This document shows positions 22,505 to 35,369 of a DNA stretch of 62,931 nucleotides, piece after piece (position 1 is the first letter of the stretch; every line of letters begins with the position of its first letter). The notes under the pieces were generated by a model, which saw only the letters and a program-made list of their open reading frames with translations, was not told where the DNA came from and made no database searches. The stretch is from Limnohabitans sp. (GTDB lineage Bacteria; Pseudomonadota; Gammaproteobacteria; Burkholderiales; Burkholderiaceae_C). A program made the position numbers and the translations under genes. Location of the stretch: NCBI GenBank assembly GCA_030729445.1, contig JANQXJ010000187.1, forward strand, positions 1 to 62,931, given 5' to 3'.

Positions 22505-22548
22505 GCCCTGATTTTCCCACGCTACCCGGCCATTCGGCCGGCACGGCC

Positions 22549-23133
22549 TCAAGCCAGCTGCAGAAATTCAAGGATTTGCGGCAAGTGCTCGTCAAAATCG
22601 CTCAAGGCATGGTCGCTGCCCTCGATCAGGCGCACCTGCCCGGCCTGGTGGCGTGCCAGCATCTCACGCCAATCGAGCACCTCGTCACCTTTGGCGATCA
22701 AGGCCAGCGTGGCTGGCCGAGTTGGCAAGGGCTGACTTTCAAGCTCCATCAACTCCTGGACATAGGTCGGCTCAAAAAAGATGCTTTGTGCCGGGTCTTG
22801 CCAAACCGGATGCTCGCCGATGTAGCGTGCCAGATCGCGCGAAGGGTGCACGGCCGGGTTGATCAGCACCGCAGGTACACCCATGTGGGCCGACAGCCAT
22901 GCCGCATAAAAGCCACCCAGTGAGGACCCCATCACCGCCATCTGCCCACGGGGCCAAGCGGCTGTGCCCTTGAGCAACAGGGCCATAGCCTGTGCCGGTG
23001 AAGCGGGCAGCTGCGGACACCACCAGGTGACACCGGGGTGCTGAGCTTGCACCAGAGCGGCCATGGTTTGGGCCTTGGCCGACTGGGGCGATGACCTGAA
23101 GCCGTGCAGGTAAAGCAAATGGGTGGTGCTCAC
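22549..23133 (-). CDS. YqiA/YcfP family esterase
   Basis: LYLHGFRSSPQSAKA, GSSLGG, INPAV, GDEVLD, GSDH. Confidence 0.9.
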   Translation of the reverse strand: MSTTHLLYLHGFRSSPQSAKAQTMAALVQAQHPGVTWWCPQLPASPAQAMALLLKGTAAWPRGQMAVMGSSLGGFYAAWLSAHMGVPAVLINPAVHPSRDLARYIGEHPVWQDPAQSIFFEPTYVQELMELESQPLPTRPATLALIAKGDEVLDWREMLARHQAGQVRLIEGSDHALSDFDEHLPQILEFLQLA

Positions 23134-23139
23134 AGGGCC

Positions 23140-25008
23140 TCAAATTTCAATTTTGGAGCCCAACTCGACCACCGCGTTGGTCGGCAGGTTCAAGAACGCG
23201 GCCGCGCCACTGGCGTTGTGGTGCATCTGGGCAAAGAGTTTTTCGCGCCAAGGGGACATGCCGCCGCCGATGGTCGGAATCACGATGTCGCGCGAGAGAA
23301 AGTAGCTGGTCATCATCGGGTCCAGCTTATCGCCCTCGCCCTGGATTTGGGCCAGTGCGGTCGGCAAATCCGGGTTGTCCTTGAAACCGTAATTGACAAT
23401 GACTTGCCAGCAGTCGTGGCCCAGTGGTGTCACATCCAGACGCTGATTCGCCTCGATGCGCGGCACCTCGTGGCTGCGCACGGTGACAAACAGGTTGCGT
23501 TCATGCAAAACTTTGTTGTGCTTCAAGTTGTGCAGCAAGGCGTTGGGCACAGCACCCGTCTCTGCCGTCATGAAAACCGCCGTGCCTTGGACCCGAGTAG
23601 GCGGCGAAATGAACACCGCCTCCAGAAAGTCCGTCAGCCGCAAGGCGTCCGAGCGCAAAGATTCGTTGAGCAAGCGGCGACCATCGTGCCAGGTCAGCAT
23701 CAGCGTGAACACCGCCGCACCAATGAGCAGCGGGAACCAACCACCGTCGAACAGCTTGAGCAGGTTGGAGGCCCAAAAGGCCAAGTCGACCACAAAGAAG
23801 AAAACCGTAGCACCGATGCACAGCGCCAGCGGGAGCTTCCAGGCATAGCGGATCACAAAGAAGGTGAGCACCGTGGTGATCAGCATGTCGGTGCACACGG
23901 CAATGCCGTAAGCCGCAGCCAGGTTGCTCGACGACTTGAACATGACCACCGCCAGCACGATGGCCACAAACAAGCCCCAGTTCACAAAAGGCATGTAGAT
24001 TTGTCCGGTGTCGGTCTCGCTGGTGTGTTGCACCTGCAGGCGTGGCAGATAACCCAGCTGGATGACCTGCTTGGTCACACTGAATGCACCAGAAATCAGC
24101 GCTTGCGAGGCAATCACCGTGGCCATGGTCGCCAAGCCCACCAGAGGCAGCAGGGCCCAATCAGGCGCCATCATGTAGAAGGGGTTTTTCACGGCCTCGG
24201 GCTCGGCCAAGAGCAAAGCGCCCTGGCCAAAATAATTCAGCGTCAGGCAAGGCATGACCACGCTGAACCAGGCCAAACGGATGGGCTTTTTACCAAAGTG
24301 CCCCATGTCGGCATACAGCGCCTCCCCCCCCGTGACGCACAAGACCACCGCGCCGAGAATGATGAAGGTGGTGCCCGGCTCGTTCCACATGAAGCCCAGC
24401 GCGTAGTGCGGGCTGATGGCCATCAAAATTTCAGGATGGTGGGCGATGTGCGACACACCCAACACCGCGATGGTGGCAAACCAGACCAAGGTGATGGGTC
24501 CAAAGAACTTACCAATGCCCGCCGTGCCACGTTTTTGGACCCAGAACAGGCCGAACAGGATCACCAGCGTGAGCGGAATCACGTACTTCTTGAAAGTGGG
24601 AGAAATGACCTCCAGGCCTTCGACTGCTGACAGCACCGAAATGGCGGGGGTGATCACCCCATCGCCATAAAAAAGGCAGGTGCCAAAAATGCCCACGATC
24701 AGCAAAACCTTGCGCAGCTGTGGCCGATCTTTGACCGATTGCGAGGCCAGCGCCAGCATGGCCACCAGCCCACCCTCGCCGTGGTTGTCAGCCCGCAGAA
24801 CCAACACCACGTACTTGACCGACACGATGGTGGTCAGGGTCCAGAAAAAGATGGAGAGGATGCCGTAAACGTTATCGGGCGTGAAAGGCACATGGCCGGA
24901 GCCAAACACCTCTTTCATGGCGTACAGCACGCTGGTGCCGATGTCGCCATACACGACGCCAATGGCGCCCAAGGTCAATGCAGCAAGAGAAGAACGGGTG
25001 GAAGACAC
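23140..25008 (-). CDS. kup: Potassium transporter Kup
   Basis: [42 protein letters not shown]; start uncertain (25008 or 25032). Confidence 0.95.
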   Translation of the reverse strand: MSSTRSSLAALTLGAIGVVYGDIGTSVLYAMKEVFGSGHVPFTPDNVYGILSIFFWTLTTIVSVKYVVLVLRADNHGEGGLVAMLALASQSVKDRPQLRKVLLIVGIFGTCLFYGDGVITPAISVLSAVEGLEVISPTFKKYVIPLTLVILFGLFWVQKRGTAGIGKFFGPITLVWFATIAVLGVSHIAHHPEILMAISPHYALGFMWNEPGTTFIILGAVVLCVTGGEALYADMGHFGKKPIRLAWFSVVMPCLTLNYFGQGALLLAEPEAVKNPFYMMAPDWALLPLVGLATMATVIASQALISGAFSVTKQVIQLGYLPRLQVQHTSETDTGQIYMPFVNWGLFVAIVLAVVMFKSSSNLAAAYGIAVCTDMLITTVLTFFVIRYAWKLPLALCIGATVFFFVVDLAFWASNLLKLFDGGWFPLLIGAAVFTLMLTWHDGRRLLNESLRSDALRLTDFLEAVFISPPTRVQGTAVFMTAETGAVPNALLHNLKHNKVLHERNLFVTVRSHEVPRIEANQRLDVTPLGHDCWQVIVNYGFKDNPDLPTALAQIQGEGDKLDPMMTSYFLSRDIVIPTIGGGMSPWREKLFAQMHHNASGAAAFLNLPTNAVVELGSKIEI

Positions 25009-25118
25009 AAGCCGTGACCTGACAGGGGTCAAGCCAAAAGAAACAAGAAGGCCATTTTGCGCCCGATTTCAAGCCGGTGTCACCGCCCATTCGACAAAAA
25101 TGTTGCAGCGCAGCAACT

Positions 25119-26414
25119 TTATTCGTAAACCTCGGCCTCGGGGTCAGTGGCTTCCAGCTCATAACTGGCCGCCAGCATGGCCAAACGGCCAATCACGCCA
25201 TACATATAAAAGCGGTTGGGCACACTGGCGCCGGGTTTGACACCGGGCTGGGGCAAGTGTGGGGTGTCGGCAAAGGCCAAAGGCACAAAGCTGGCGCCCG
25301 GAGCATTCAGGTTCTCGTCAACGCCGCGCTCGGCGTGCACACGGTAAAAACCGCCCACCACATAGCGGTCCATCATGTAGACCACCGGCTCGGCCACCGC
25401 GTCATTGATGCGTTCGTTGGTCAGCACGCCTTCTTGGATGATCACGTCGTTGACGGTCTGGCCGTCCTTGATGACGTTCATCTTGTTGCGTGTCTTGCGG
25501 TTGAGTTGATCCAGATCGGCCACATCGCGCACCGTCATGATGCCCATGCCATAGGTGCCGTTGTCGGCCTTCACCACCACAAACGGTTTTTCGTTGATGC
25601 CGTATTCCTTGTACTTGCGCTTGATCTTGGTCAGCAGCGCGTCGACATTGCTGCGCAGGCAGTCCATGCCCGTACCCTCGGCAAAGTTCACATCGCCGCA
25701 CTGGCTGAACATCGGGTTGATCAACCAAGGGTCAATGCCGAGCAGTTTGCCAAAGCGCTTGGCCACCTCTTCGTAGCTCTGGAAATGCTTGGTCTTGCGG
25801 CGCACGCTCCATCCAGCGTGCAGGGGCGGCAGCAAGAACTGCTCGTGCAGCTCCTCCAGAATGCCCGGGGCACCGGCTGACAGGTCGTTGTTGAGCAAAA
25901 TGGTGCAAGGGTCGAAGTCTTTGAGTCCCAGGCGGTGCTGGCTGCGCACCACAGGCTCCAGTGTCACGCTCTCGCCGTTGGGCAATTCGATGGTGGTCGA
26001 CTCTTTGATCTCGGGGTTGATCGAGCCCAAGCGCACGTTCAGGCCCGCCATATGGAAGATGCGCTGCAACTGCGCCACATTGGTCAGATAAAAAGTGTTA
26101 CGGGTGTGGTTTTCGGGAATGATCAGGAGGTTTTTGGCCTCGGGGCAGATCTTCTCTATGGCCGCCTGCGCCGCTTGCACCGCCAAGGGCAGCATTTCTG
26201 GCGTCAGGTTGTTCCAGCCGCCGGGGTAGAGGTTGGTGTCCACCGGGGCCAGTTTGAAGCCCGCGTTGCGGATGTCCACCGAGGTGTAGAACGGCGGAGT
26301 GTGTTCCATCCACTCCAGACGGAACCAGCGCTCAATGGCGGGCATGGAGTCGAGGATGCGCTGCTCCAACTCATTGATGGGGCCATTCAGGGCGGTGTTG
26401 AGGTGGGGAACCAT
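25119..26414 (-). CDS. gshA: Glutamate--cysteine ligase (betaproteobacterial type)
   Basis: VDIRNAGFKLAPVDTNLYPGG, KADNGTYGMG, GGFYRVH; start could be 26420. Confidence 0.92.
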   Translation of the reverse strand: MVPHLNTALNGPINELEQRILDSMPAIERWFRLEWMEHTPPFYTSVDIRNAGFKLAPVDTNLYPGGWNNLTPEMLPLAVQAAQAAIEKICPEAKNLLIIPENHTRNTFYLTNVAQLQRIFHMAGLNVRLGSINPEIKESTTIELPNGESVTLEPVVRSQHRLGLKDFDPCTILLNNDLSAGAPGILEELHEQFLLPPLHAGWSVRRKTKHFQSYEEVAKRFGKLLGIDPWLINPMFSQCGDVNFAEGTGMDCLRSNVDALLTKIKRKYKEYGINEKPFVVVKADNGTYGMGIMTVRDVADLDQLNRKTRNKMNVIKDGQTVNDVIIQEGVLTNERINDAVAEPVVYMMDRYVVGGFYRVHAERGVDENLNAPGASFVPLAFADTPHLPQPGVKPGASVPNRFYMYGVIGRLAMLAASYELEATDPEAEVYE

Positions 26415-26539
26415 GGGCATCCTTTATCGCGAAAATCGGATCAAAACAGAAAATCATATGAGGCCGGCCTGCGCCATTGCAAGCGCCAACAGGACACCGT
26501 GCCAGCCGCTTGTGCGTCTGTGCACGGAAAGCGCGGCGC

Positions 26540-27820
26540 TCAGCCGCGCACCTCGCCTTCGCCCAGTACCACGTACTTGAGCGAGGTCAGGCCTTCGATG
26601 CCTACCGGACCGCGGGCATGGAACTTGTCGGTGCTGATGCCAATTTCGGCACCCAGCCCGTACTCAAAACCATCGGCAAAACGGGTGCTGGCGTTGACCA
26701 TGACGCTGGCCGAGTCCACCTCGCGCAAAAAACGCTGGGCGTGCATGTGGTCGCGCGTCAAGATGGCGTCGGTGTGGTGGCTGCTGTAGTGGTTAATGTG
26801 GGCAATCGCCTCATCCACCCCCTCGACCACCTTGATGCTGATGATGGGCGCGAGGTATTCCTCGAACCAGTCTTGCTCGGTAGCATCCTTGAGGTTGGCT
26901 TTGGCCACCTGACTCAAAATCGCCTTGGCCTTGGGGCAGCAGCGCATTTCCACGCCTTTGGCAGCATAAACCGCGCCGATTTTGGACAGGAACTCTGACG
27001 CTACACCCCGCGCCACCAACAGGCTTTCACTGGCATTACAAGGACTGTACTTTTGTGTCTTGGCGTTGTCGGCCACATTCACGGCCATGTCGATGTCGCA
27101 AGGGTCGTCCACATAGGTGTGGCAGTTGCCGTCCAGGTGTTTGATGACCGGCACTTTGGCTTCGGCGCTGATGCGCTCGATGAGGCCCTTGCCGCCACGC
27201 GGGATGACCACGTCCACAAACTGCGGCATGGTGATGAGCTGGCCCACAGCAGCGCGGTCGGTGGTTTGCACCAGTTGCACCGCATCGACCGGCAGGCCGC
27301 TGTCGGTCAGGGCCTGCTGCACCAGACGGGCCAAGGCCTTGTTCGATTCAATGGCTTCAGAACCGCCACGCAAGATGCAGGCATTGCCGCTTTTGATGGA
27401 CAGGCTGGCCGCTTCGATGGTCACATTGGGGCGACTCTCGAAAATCATGCCGAACACACCAATCGGCACCCGCATCTGACCCACACGGATGCCGCTGGGC
27501 ACCTGTTTCATGCCCAGGATCTCGCCAATCACATCGGGCATGGCCGCCAGCTGCTCGCAGCCCTGGGCGCAGGTTTCCAGCACCTGGGGGCTGAGTTTGA
27601 GGCGGTCCACCATCGGTTCGGCCAAACCAGCGGCGCGGGCGCGTTCCAGGTCTTTGGCGTTGTCCAGCTGCAAGGCATTGGTGTTCTCGCGCAACAAGGC
27701 GGCCAAGTGGCGCAAAGCCGCGTTCTTGTTGGCTGCGGAGGCCTTGGCCATCAGCGCCGAGGCTTTTTTGGCTTGCTGGCCCAAGGCCTGCATGTGTTCA
27801 GCGGTTTGAAGGTCAGTCAT
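26540..27820 (-). CDS. proA: Gamma-glutamyl phosphate reductase
   Basis: [44 protein letters not shown]. Confidence 0.96.
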   Translation of the reverse strand: MTDLQTAEHMQALGQQAKKASALMAKASAANKNAALRHLAALLRENTNALQLDNAKDLERARAAGLAEPMVDRLKLSPQVLETCAQGCEQLAAMPDVIGEILGMKQVPSGIRVGQMRVPIGVFGMIFESRPNVTIEAASLSIKSGNACILRGGSEAIESNKALARLVQQALTDSGLPVDAVQLVQTTDRAAVGQLITMPQFVDVVIPRGGKGLIERISAEAKVPVIKHLDGNCHTYVDDPCDIDMAVNVADNAKTQKYSPCNASESLLVARGVASEFLSKIGAVYAAKGVEMRCCPKAKAILSQVAKANLKDATEQDWFEEYLAPIISIKVVEGVDEAIAHINHYSSHHTDAILTRDHMHAQRFLREVDSASVMVNASTRFADGFEYGLGAEIGISTDKFHARGPVGIEGLTSLKYVVLGEGEVRG

Positions 27821-27860
27821 GGGCACATTTTCGCAGATGAACAAGTCCATCCCGCCACAG

Positions 27861-28913
27861 TCAACGCACGTTGCAAAAACGCGAGAAACGCACAGCCAGG
27901 CGATGCAGGGCCTGCCAAGGGTCGGTGGGCCAGTCGGGCACTTTCAGGCCTTTGACAATACCGTCCACTTGGTGAGCCGCTTGCAGCAGGCCGTTCAGGC
28001 GGGCTTCGCTCATGCGGGGCAACACGCGCTCGAACAAGCGCTCGCGTGGACCCCAAACGCGCTGCTCTCGCAGCGCCATGGGCATGGGCTTGCCAGCGGT
28101 CATGGCGTCTTTCACGCGCTTCATGGCACGGATGTCTTCTGCGAGGGTGTAGTGCACCAGCACAGCCGCTTCGCCCTCGGCCTGCAGGCCGTCGAGCATG
28201 CGCTGGACCCTGGCCACCTGGCCCGACAAGACCGTCTCGGACAACTTGAACACGTCATAACGGGCCACGTTCACCACGGCCGCCTCGACCTGTGCTTGGC
28301 TGACTTCGCCTGCGGGGTAGAGCAAGCCGAGCTTCTGGATTTCCTGGTGAGCAGCCAACAAATTGCCTTCCACACGGTCGGCAAAAAACTGCAGGGTGCG
28401 CTGCCCCTCTTCGCCTGCGGCCACGCTTTGGCCCTGCATTTGCAGTCGCTGGGCAATCCACTGGGGCAAGGCGTTTCGATCAACCGGATCGATCTGGATG
28501 GACACGCCACCGTTTTCGAGCGCACCAAACCAGGCCCCTTTGCGGGTGGCCGCATCCAGGCGCGGCAGCAAGACCAAGGTCAAGGTGCTGTCGTTGCCTT
28601 GAGCAGAGGCCACCAATTGCTGAATGGCGGTGCTGCCGTCCTTGCCCGGCTTACCTGAGGGGATGCGCACTTCGACGATTTGCTTGTCGGCAAACAGGCT
28701 CAGGGAGCCGCCTGCGGCCAGCACCTCACTCCAGTCGAAGTGCGCCCCGGAGACGGTGTGCACACTGCGCTCGGTGTAGCCCTGAGCGCGGGCGCTGGCG
28801 CGGATGGCGTCGGCCGCCTCTTGTTGCATCAGGGGTTCATCGCCGTGCAAGATGTAGAGGCTGCGCAGGCCTTTTTGCAGGTGCGCACCGAGCTGGGGCA
28901 GGGCCAGTTGCAT
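27861..28913 (-). CDS. holA: DNA polymerase III subunit delta
   Basis: [31 protein letters not shown]; leuS-lptE-holA synteny. Confidence 0.94.
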   Translation of the reverse strand: MQLALPQLGAHLQKGLRSLYILHGDEPLMQQEAADAIRASARAQGYTERSVHTVSGAHFDWSEVLAAGGSLSLFADKQIVEVRIPSGKPGKDGSTAIQQLVASAQGNDSTLTLVLLPRLDAATRKGAWFGALENGGVSIQIDPVDRNALPQWIAQRLQMQGQSVAAGEEGQRTLQFFADRVEGNLLAAHQEIQKLGLLYPAGEVSQAQVEAAVVNVARYDVFKLSETVLSGQVARVQRMLDGLQAEGEAAVLVHYTLAEDIRAMKRVKDAMTAGKPMPMALREQRVWGPRERLFERVLPRMSEARLNGLLQAAHQVDGIVKGLKVPDWPTDPWQALHRLAVRFSRFCNVR

Positions 28914-28921
28914 GGCGCCGA

Positions 28922-29458
28922 TCAGGGTTTGCCCGTGGGTACGGCGCGGGGCTTGACCGCTGACAGCCGCCGCATGATCTGCTGCACGATGTCGGTCTGC
29001 ATGTCGCGGTACATGGTGGCTTGCTCGATTTCCTTGGACAGCGCGGCGGTCTCGGTGAAACTCAGGTCGCGTTGCTGGGCCAGCTCGACCGGCTCGATCA
29101 GCATCTGGCCTTGTGGCGTGCGCAAACGGAATCTGACACGCAAGCGCAGTTGCAGCTCGCGCACTTGGCCCGAGGCGTTCACACCCACCACCGCCTGTTG
29201 ACGCTCTTCGCTCAGAATGTCCAGAACCGCATCGGCTGTGGTCATTTGTGTTGGCTCGGTGAGCAGCGTGATGCGGCCAGTCCCCAGCAAATTGCGCCGC
29301 AACTCCACGCCCAGGGGCGAGTTGGTTGAGAAATTGGCAAACAGCGTCTTGAAGGGGTAATCACCCGCACTGCGCAGGTGAAACCCGCAAGCCGACAGAC
29401 CCGCGAGCACCGGACCTGCGCTGAGCAACTTCCAACAGCGGCGGCGTGAGGTGTTCAT
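28922..29458 (-). CDS. lptE: LPS assembly lipoprotein LptE
   Basis: Lipobox LSACGFHLR; lies between leuS and holA. Confidence 0.9.
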   Translation of the reverse strand: MNTSRRRCWKLLSAGPVLAGLSACGFHLRSAGDYPFKTLFANFSTNSPLGVELRRNLLGTGRITLLTEPTQMTTADAVLDILSEERQQAVVGVNASGQVRELQLRLRVRFRLRTPQGQMLIEPVELAQQRDLSFTETAALSKEIEQATMYRDMQTDIVQQIMRRLSAVKPRAVPTGKP

Positions 29459-29501
29459 AACAAAGAGATCATTTTTGGGGGCTGGCCAAGAGGCATGGCG
29501 A

Positions 29502-32219
29502 TCAAAGCACCACGTTGACCAAACGACCCGGCACCACAACCACCTTTTTGGGCGCTGCGCCTGCGGCCTGCTTGACAAAAGCTTCGTGGGCCAAGGCTGC
29601 CGCTTCGATCTGTGCCTTGTCGGCGCTGGCAGGTACCAAAATCGAGCCGCGCAGCTTGCCGTTGATTTGCAGCATCAACTCGATCTGGTCGCGCTCCAAA
29701 GCCGACTCGTCCACAACAGGCCAAGGCGCATCGAGCAACTCGCCCACAGCCTTGGCGTAGCCCAGTTGTTGCCAGATTTCGTCGGTGATGTGCGGGCATG
29801 CGGGGTAGAGCATGCGCGACAAAATCGACACGCCTTCGCAGAGGGCCGAGGTATCACCTGCGCTGCCATCGGGCTTGAAGTCTTCGAGGGCATTGAGCAG
29901 CTTCATGCAGCCAGACACCACGGTGTTGTACTGCATGCGCTCGTAGTCGTACCCCACTTGCTTGAGCACCAAGTGCATCTCGCGGCGCAAGGCTTTGGCC
30001 GAATCGCCCAATGCAGCTTGGCTCAGGTCTTGGCTGGTCGCCGAGCGCAACAGTTCGTGGTGCTTGAACGCAAAGTTCCACACGCGGCGCAAAAAGCGGT
30101 AGCTGCCTTCCACGGCCGAGTCGTTCCACTCCAGCGTGACTTCGGGCGGCGCGGTGAACATGGTGTACAGGCGGGCCGTGTCGGCACCGTAGCGCTCGAT
30201 CAGGTCTTGCGGGTCCACGCCATTGTTCTTGGACTTGGACATGGTGCCCACGCCTTCGTAGTCGATGGCCGTGCCCACGGGCAAACGGCCGTCGCCGCTG
30301 TCGGCTTCGTTCTTGAGCTTGGCGCCGATGACTTTGCCCGTCTCGTCTTGCACATGCTCGACGTCGTGCGGCCAGAAGTAGTCCTTGCCCCCCTTGGCAG
30401 TGCGGCGCGAGTAGATGTGGTTGAGCACCATACCCTGGGTGAGCAGCTTGCTGAAGGGCTCGTCTACTTTGACGAGGCCCAGGTCGCGCATGACCTTGGT
30501 CCAAAAGCGGGCGTAGAGCAGGTGCAGGATCGCGTGCTCGATGCCGCCGATGTACTGGTCCATGCCGCTGCCACCAGTGGCATTTTTCTGATCCCGCATC
30601 CAGTAGTCCGCGCCGTCCGCCACCATCTTCTCGGTGTTGGTCGGGTCGCAATAGCGCATGAAGTACCAGGACGAATCCACAAAGGTGTCCATGGTGTCGG
30701 TCTCGCGGCGAGCGGGCTTGCCGCACACCGGGCAGGTCACCCCAGCGTGGAAGCCTTCGTGTTTGTGCAGCGGGTTGCCCGAGCCGTCGGGGATGCAGTC
30801 TTGCGGCAGCACCACGGGCAGGTCTTTTTCAGGCACAGGCACCGCGCCGTGCTCGTCGCAATGGATGATCGGGATCGGTGTGCCCCAGTAGCGCTGGCGG
30901 CTCACGCCCCAGTCGCGCAGACGCCAAGTGGTTTTTTTCTCGCCCAAGCCTTTTGCGGCGAGCAGCTCGGCCACTTTGCTGACGGCGGCTTTTTGATTCA
31001 AGCCGTCGAGTTCGCCGGAGTTGATGCAGACGCAGCTTTGCTTGTCGCCGTACCAATCCTGCCAAGCCGTGGCATCAAAAGCTTGATCTTTGACGGACAC
31101 GACCTGCTGGATCGGCAGCGCGTACTTGAGCGCAAACGCAAAGTCGCGCTCGTCGTGCGCAGGCACGCCCATCACCGCGCCGTCGCCGTAACTCATGAGC
31201 ACGTAGTTGCCCACCCAGACCTCGACCTGCGCGCCGGTCAAGGGGTGCGTGACGAACAGGCCCGTGGCCATGCCCTTTTTCTCTTGGGTGGCCATTTCGG
31301 CCTCGGTCGTGCCGCCGCTCTTGCACTCTTCCAAGAACGCCGCCAAAGCGGGGTTGCTGGACGCCGCGTGCAGCGCCAGCGGGTGCTCGGCCGCCACCGC
31401 ACAAAAAGTCACGCCCATGATGGTGTCGGCGCGGGTGGTGAAGACGTACATCTTGCCGTCGCCAATCAAAGCGCCTGCGGCATCGCGGATGTCGTGCGGG
31501 AAAGCAAAGCGCACACCTTCGCTCTTGCCAATCCAGTTTTCCTGCATCAGGCGCACTTTGTCGGGCCAGCCGTTCAGGGTGGCCTTGTCGTTGCCGATCT
31601 GCACGTGGTCGAGCAGCTCTTGGGCGTAAGCGGTGATGTTCAGGTAATAGCCCGGGATCTCACGTTTTTCCACCGGAGCGCCCGTTCGCCAGCCTTTGCC
31701 GTCGATGACCTGCTCGTTGGCCAACACGGTTTGATCCACTGGGTCCCAGTTGACGACTTGGGTCTTGCGGTAGGCGATGCCTTTTTCCAGCATCTTCAAG
31801 AACAGCCACTGGTTCCACTTGTAATAAGTCGGGTCGCAGGTGGCGACTTCGCGCGACCAGTCGATGGCCAGGCCCATGGCCTGCATCTGCTTTTTCATGT
31901 ACGCGATGTTCTCGTACGTCCATTTGGCCGGGGGCACGCCGTTTTTCAAAGCGGCATTTTCGGCGGGCAGGCCAAACGCGTCCCAGCCCATGGGCATGAG
32001 GACGTTGTGGCCCTTCATGCGCAGGCTGCGCGTGAGCATGTCGTTGATGGTGTAGTTGCGCACATGGCCCATGTGCAGCTTGCCGCTGGGGTAAGGCAGC
32101 ATGGAGCAGGCGTAGAACTTCTTTTTGCTGGCGTCTTCGGTGACGCGGTAGGCATCGCGGGCCGTCCAGCGGGACTGTGCTGCGGGTTCGACTTCGAGGT
32201 GGTTGTACTTGTCTTGCAT
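29502..32219 (-). CDS. leuS: Leucine--tRNA ligase
   Basis: [36 protein letters not shown]; start MQDKYNH. Confidence 0.97.
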   Translation of the reverse strand: MQDKYNHLEVEPAAQSRWTARDAYRVTEDASKKKFYACSMLPYPSGKLHMGHVRNYTINDMLTRSLRMKGHNVLMPMGWDAFGLPAENAALKNGVPPAKWTYENIAYMKKQMQAMGLAIDWSREVATCDPTYYKWNQWLFLKMLEKGIAYRKTQVVNWDPVDQTVLANEQVIDGKGWRTGAPVEKREIPGYYLNITAYAQELLDHVQIGNDKATLNGWPDKVRLMQENWIGKSEGVRFAFPHDIRDAAGALIGDGKMYVFTTRADTIMGVTFCAVAAEHPLALHAASSNPALAAFLEECKSGGTTEAEMATQEKKGMATGLFVTHPLTGAQVEVWVGNYVLMSYGDGAVMGVPAHDERDFAFALKYALPIQQVVSVKDQAFDATAWQDWYGDKQSCVCINSGELDGLNQKAAVSKVAELLAAKGLGEKKTTWRLRDWGVSRQRYWGTPIPIIHCDEHGAVPVPEKDLPVVLPQDCIPDGSGNPLHKHEGFHAGVTCPVCGKPARRETDTMDTFVDSSWYFMRYCDPTNTEKMVADGADYWMRDQKNATGGSGMDQYIGGIEHAILHLLYARFWTKVMRDLGLVKVDEPFSKLLTQGMVLNHIYSRRTAKGGKDYFWPHDVEHVQDETGKVIGAKLKNEADSGDGRLPVGTAIDYEGVGTMSKSKNNGVDPQDLIERYGADTARLYTMFTAPPEVTLEWNDSAVEGSYRFLRRVWNFAFKHHELLRSATSQDLSQAALGDSAKALRREMHLVLKQVGYDYERMQYNTVVSGCMKLLNALEDFKPDGSAGDTSALCEGVSILSRMLYPACPHITDEIWQQLGYAKAVGELLDAPWPVVDESALERDQIELMLQINGKLRGSILVPASADKAQIEAAALAHEAFVKQAAGAAPKKVVVVPGRLVNVVL

Positions 32220-32299
32220 AGGGCTAAATTGTAGGGGCTGGGCGGGCCCCGGCTTGGCACGGTCACGGCAAGGCCACAGCCGCTCGGGCGGGGGCGACT

Positions 32300-32719
32300 T
32301 CAGGGAGAAACCACCTCGGCGACAAAGCCGATCCGGCTCAAACCGGCTTTTTGGGCCAGGCCCATGGCTTCGACCACCCGGCCATAGGGCACGGACGCAT
32401 CGGCACGCAGCTCCAACTCGGTCAGCGGGTTGCGGCGGGCAGCTTTCGACAGTTGTTCGTGCAAGGCGTCTTTGGCGATCAGCTGGTCGTTCAAGAACCA
32501 TTGGCCTTGCGCATTGACCACCAGGACCACTGCCTGGGGCGCGGCCCCTGGCTCCGCGCCCTCGCTTTGGGGCAAGTCCAAGCGGATAGCGCTGGTCATC
32601 AGGGGGGCGGTCAGGATGAAAATGACCAGCAACACCAGCATCACGTCCACCAGGGGCGTGACGTTGATCTCGCTCATGGGCGCATCACCTGGGCGGCTGG
32701 AGAGGCGTCCAAAAGCCAT
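32300..32719 (-). CDS. exbD: ExbD/TolR family protein
   Basis: [29 protein letters not shown]. Confidence 0.88.
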   Translation of the reverse strand: MAFGRLSSRPGDAPMSEINVTPLVDVMLVLLVIFILTAPLMTSAIRLDLPQSEGAEPGAAPQAVVLVVNAQGQWFLNDQLIAKDALHEQLSKAARRNPLTELELRADASVPYGRVVEAMGLAQKAGLSRIGFVAEVVSP

Positions 32720-32725
32720 GGCTGC

Positions 32726-33370
32726 TCAGTCTTGGGGGTCGGTGAGCAAGGCCCGCACATCGTGCGCAAAGCCTTCGAGTTCGGCCTCGATCTGGCCAAT
32801 GCGCCGCCCCAGCAGGTTGTAGCCCAGCACCGCCGGAATCGCCACCGCCAGACCGGCAGCGGTCATGGCCAGGGCTTCGCCAACAGGCCCTGCAATTTGT
32901 TCAATGCGGATGGGGCCGCCCTCAGCCATGCCGCTCAGGGCATTAAAAATGCCCCAGACCGTGCCCAGCAAACCGATGAAGGGCGAGATCGATCCCGCCG
33001 TGGCCAGAAGGACCTGCCCCCACTGCAAGCGGCGCAGCACCGACTGCATGGCTTCTCGCAGCACACGGGTGAGTTGGTGGTGGCGCTGACCGGCCGAAGC
33101 CAACGTGCCCCCCAAAGGCAACAAAGTGGCGTCGAGCAAGGGCAGCACACAGGCTTCGCGGTCAAACTGGGCCACGCGCTGGCGGGCATCGTCAAAACCC
33201 GCTGCTTGCCAGAAGGCGGCCACGCTGCGCGGCACATCTTGCGTGACCCGAGAGAGCAAACGCCATTTCCAGGCGATCACGACCCAACTGCCCACCGACA
33301 AGGCCAGCAGCATGAGCGCCAGCACGCGGCTGACGACGTCGCTGTGCAGCAAGAAGTCGTTCAGGCTCAT
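32726..33370 (-). CDS. exbB: MotA/TolQ/ExbB proton channel family protein
   Basis: SPFIGLLGTVWGI, GEALAMTAAGLAVAIPA. Confidence 0.88.
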   Translation of the reverse strand: MSLNDFLLHSDVVSRVLALMLLALSVGSWVVIAWKWRLLSRVTQDVPRSVAAFWQAAGFDDARQRVAQFDREACVLPLLDATLLPLGGTLASAGQRHHQLTRVLREAMQSVLRRLQWGQVLLATAGSISPFIGLLGTVWGIFNALSGMAEGGPIRIEQIAGPVGEALAMTAAGLAVAIPAVLGYNLLGRRIGQIEAELEGFAHDVRALLTDPQD

Positions 33371-33393
33371 GGGCGGCTTGGGCTTGTGGCGCG

Positions 33394-34209
33394 TTAGCGC
33401 AGGTTCAGCACGTCGAACATGTCAAACAGCCCGCTCGGCTGGCTGGCCAGATAACGCACAGCACGCAAACTGCCTTGCGCGTAGGTGGCGCGGCTGGATG
33501 ATTTGTGGGTGACCTCAATGCGCTCACCAATTCCAGCAAACAGCACCGTGTGGTCCCCCACAATGTCACCGCCACGAATCGTCGAAAACCCGATGGTGGA
33601 CGGGTCACGCTCGCCCGTGTGGCCATAACGCTCGTACACCGCGCATTCTTTCAAGTCACGGCCAATGGCCTCGGCAATCACCTCACCCATCTTGAGGGCG
33701 GTTCCTGAGGGTGCGTCCACTTTGTGACGGTGGTGGGCTTCGATGATCTCGATGTCGTAACCCGTGGACATGGCTTGTGCAGCCATTTGCAACAGCTTGA
33801 GGGTGACGTTGACGCCCACACTCATGTTCGGGGCCATGACGATGGCGATGTCACGGGCGATCTCGGCGATCTCAGCCTTTTGTGCATCGGTGAAGCCGGT
33901 GGTGCCAATGACCGCCTTGACGCCGAGTTCACGGCAGACCTTCAAGTGGGCCAGCGTGCCTTCAGGGCGGGTGAAATCAATCAGGCAGGACGCCCCTTGC
34001 AGGCCCGCTCTCAAATCGGCGGTGACAGCTGTGCCTGTGACCCGGCCCAGGGCAGCGCCAGCGTCTTGACCGAGCGCAGGGCTCGCAGCGATGTCCAGAG
34101 CACCCGCGAGGCGGCAGTCTTCGGTGGCCAAAATGGCTTCGATGAGCATGTGCCCCATGCGGCCGGATGCGCCGGCAACGGTGATAGGCAAGAGGTTCGT
34201 TGAGGTCAT
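33394..34209 (-). CDS. dapB: 4-hydroxy-tetrahydrodipicolinate reductase
   Basis: [32 protein letters not shown]. Confidence 0.97.
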   Translation of the reverse strand: MTSTNLLPITVAGASGRMGHMLIEAILATEDCRLAGALDIAASPALGQDAGAALGRVTGTAVTADLRAGLQGASCLIDFTRPEGTLAHLKVCRELGVKAVIGTTGFTDAQKAEIAEIARDIAIVMAPNMSVGVNVTLKLLQMAAQAMSTGYDIEIIEAHHRHKVDAPSGTALKMGEVIAEAIGRDLKECAVYERYGHTGERDPSTIGFSTIRGGDIVGDHTVLFAGIGERIEVTHKSSSRATYAQGSLRAVRYLASQPSGLFDMFDVLNLR

Positions 34210-34293
34210 GGCTTAAAAGGAAAAATGTTATGGGCGAGGTCCAAACGGGCATTCTGATGGGCAGCCCATCAGGGCGCCATCAGCGCCAGGCCC

Positions 34294-34845
34294 TCAGCGG
34301 GCTGGCGGCTCCAAAGGCGGGTAACTGCGCGGCAAAGCGCCAGGCGCGGAGGCCGCTGCGGGCACATCGGTGCGAGCGGCGGGGGTGAATTTTTTCAAAT
34401 CCTCTTCGCTGGCTTGCAGTGGAGGCAGCTTGCCCACCGCCTGGGGCCGCACCAAGCGTCCGGCAAACTCCGACTCGCTGGGCAGCACATCGCTCTCGAT
34501 TTGTTCGAGCACATCGCCCTTGAAGTAAGCCGTGAGCTTGAAGTTTTGCGCTGGCACGCCCTGGCGCTGGATGCTGAAGGCATAGTCCCAGCGGTTGGCA
34601 TGGAACAAGCTGGTAATCAAGGGGGTGCCCAGAATTTCGCGCACCTGTGCACTTGCCATGCCCGGACGCAAGGCCTGACGCTGCTCGTTGGAGACAAAGT
34701 TGCCTTGGACCACTTCAGGCACAAAGGGCTTGAAGGTGTCGCGACTCACAGAGCCGGATAGGCTGCCACAACCGGCCAAGCTCGCCAACAGTAGGCAAGC
34801 TGCCAAGCCTTGGACGGAAAGACGAAAAGTCAGTGAAGCTGTCAT
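34294..34845 (-). CDS. bamE: Outer membrane protein assembly factor BamE
   Basis: Lipobox [23 protein letters not shown]; divergent from fur. Confidence 0.9.
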   Translation of the reverse strand: MTASLTFRLSVQGLAACLLLASLAGCGSLSGSVSRDTFKPFVPEVVQGNFVSNEQRQALRPGMASAQVREILGTPLITSLFHANRWDYAFSIQRQGVPAQNFKLTAYFKGDVLEQIESDVLPSESEFAGRLVRPQAVGKLPPLQASEEDLKKFTPAARTDVPAAASAPGALPRSYPPLEPPAR

Positions 34846-34862
34846 GGTTGAGGGTGTGCCGA

Positions 34863-34880
34863 TATGATCGAACCATTGTA
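34863..34880. promoter_or_regulatory. Candidate face-to-face -10 elements for fur (+, TATGAT 34863-34868) and bamE (-, TACAAT 34875-34880)
   Basis: Two 5/6 matches to TATAAT in the 83-bp divergent spacer. Confidence 0.45.
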
Positions 34881-34928
34881 GCGGCTGACTTTGCGCAAGA
34901 CTGCTGCCCTCCTCCACCCAAACAAGCC

Positions 34929-35360
34929 ATGAGCCAGATCGACGAACTGAAAAACAACGGCCTCAAAGCCACCTTGCCGCGCCTGAAGATTTTGGAGGTT
35001 TTCCAAAGCGGCTCGATGCGGCACATGACGGCCGAGGACGTGTTTCGTCATTTGCTCAAGGACAATGCCGACATTGGTTTGGCCACCGTCTACCGGGTGC
35101 TGACCCAGTTCGAGCAAGCCGGCATCCTGAGCCGTAACCACTTCGAAAGTGGCAAAGCGGTGTACGAACTCAACGAAGGCCAGCACCATGACCACATGGT
35201 GTGTCTGGACTGTGGCCGGGTGGAAGAGTTTTACGACGCGGAGATTGAGTCACGCCAGCAAGCCGTGGCACTGGCCAAGGGTTTTGTCATCGCCGACCAT
35301 GCGCTGAGCCTGTACGCGCACTGCACCCAAAAGCCCTGCCCGCACCGCAACGCACGCTGA
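34929..35360 (+). CDS. fur: Ferric uptake regulator
   Basis: [37 protein letters not shown]. Confidence 0.97.
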   Translation: MSQIDELKNNGLKATLPRLKILEVFQSGSMRHMTAEDVFRHLLKDNADIGLATVYRVLTQFEQAGILSRNHFESGKAVYELNEGQHHDHMVCLDCGRVEEFYDAEIESRQQAVALAKGFVIADHALSLYAHCTQKPCPHRNAR

Positions 35361-35369
35361 AACAGGCTT

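Noticed and set aside
29451-32234. 927-aa plus-strand ORF antisense to leuS (and similar long antisense ORFs over boxB, the RNB gene, kup, fadD, pntB and tcuA)
   Set aside because: Antisense shadows of well-conserved genes; GC-rich codon bias depletes stop codons on the opposite strand; no recognisable motifs.
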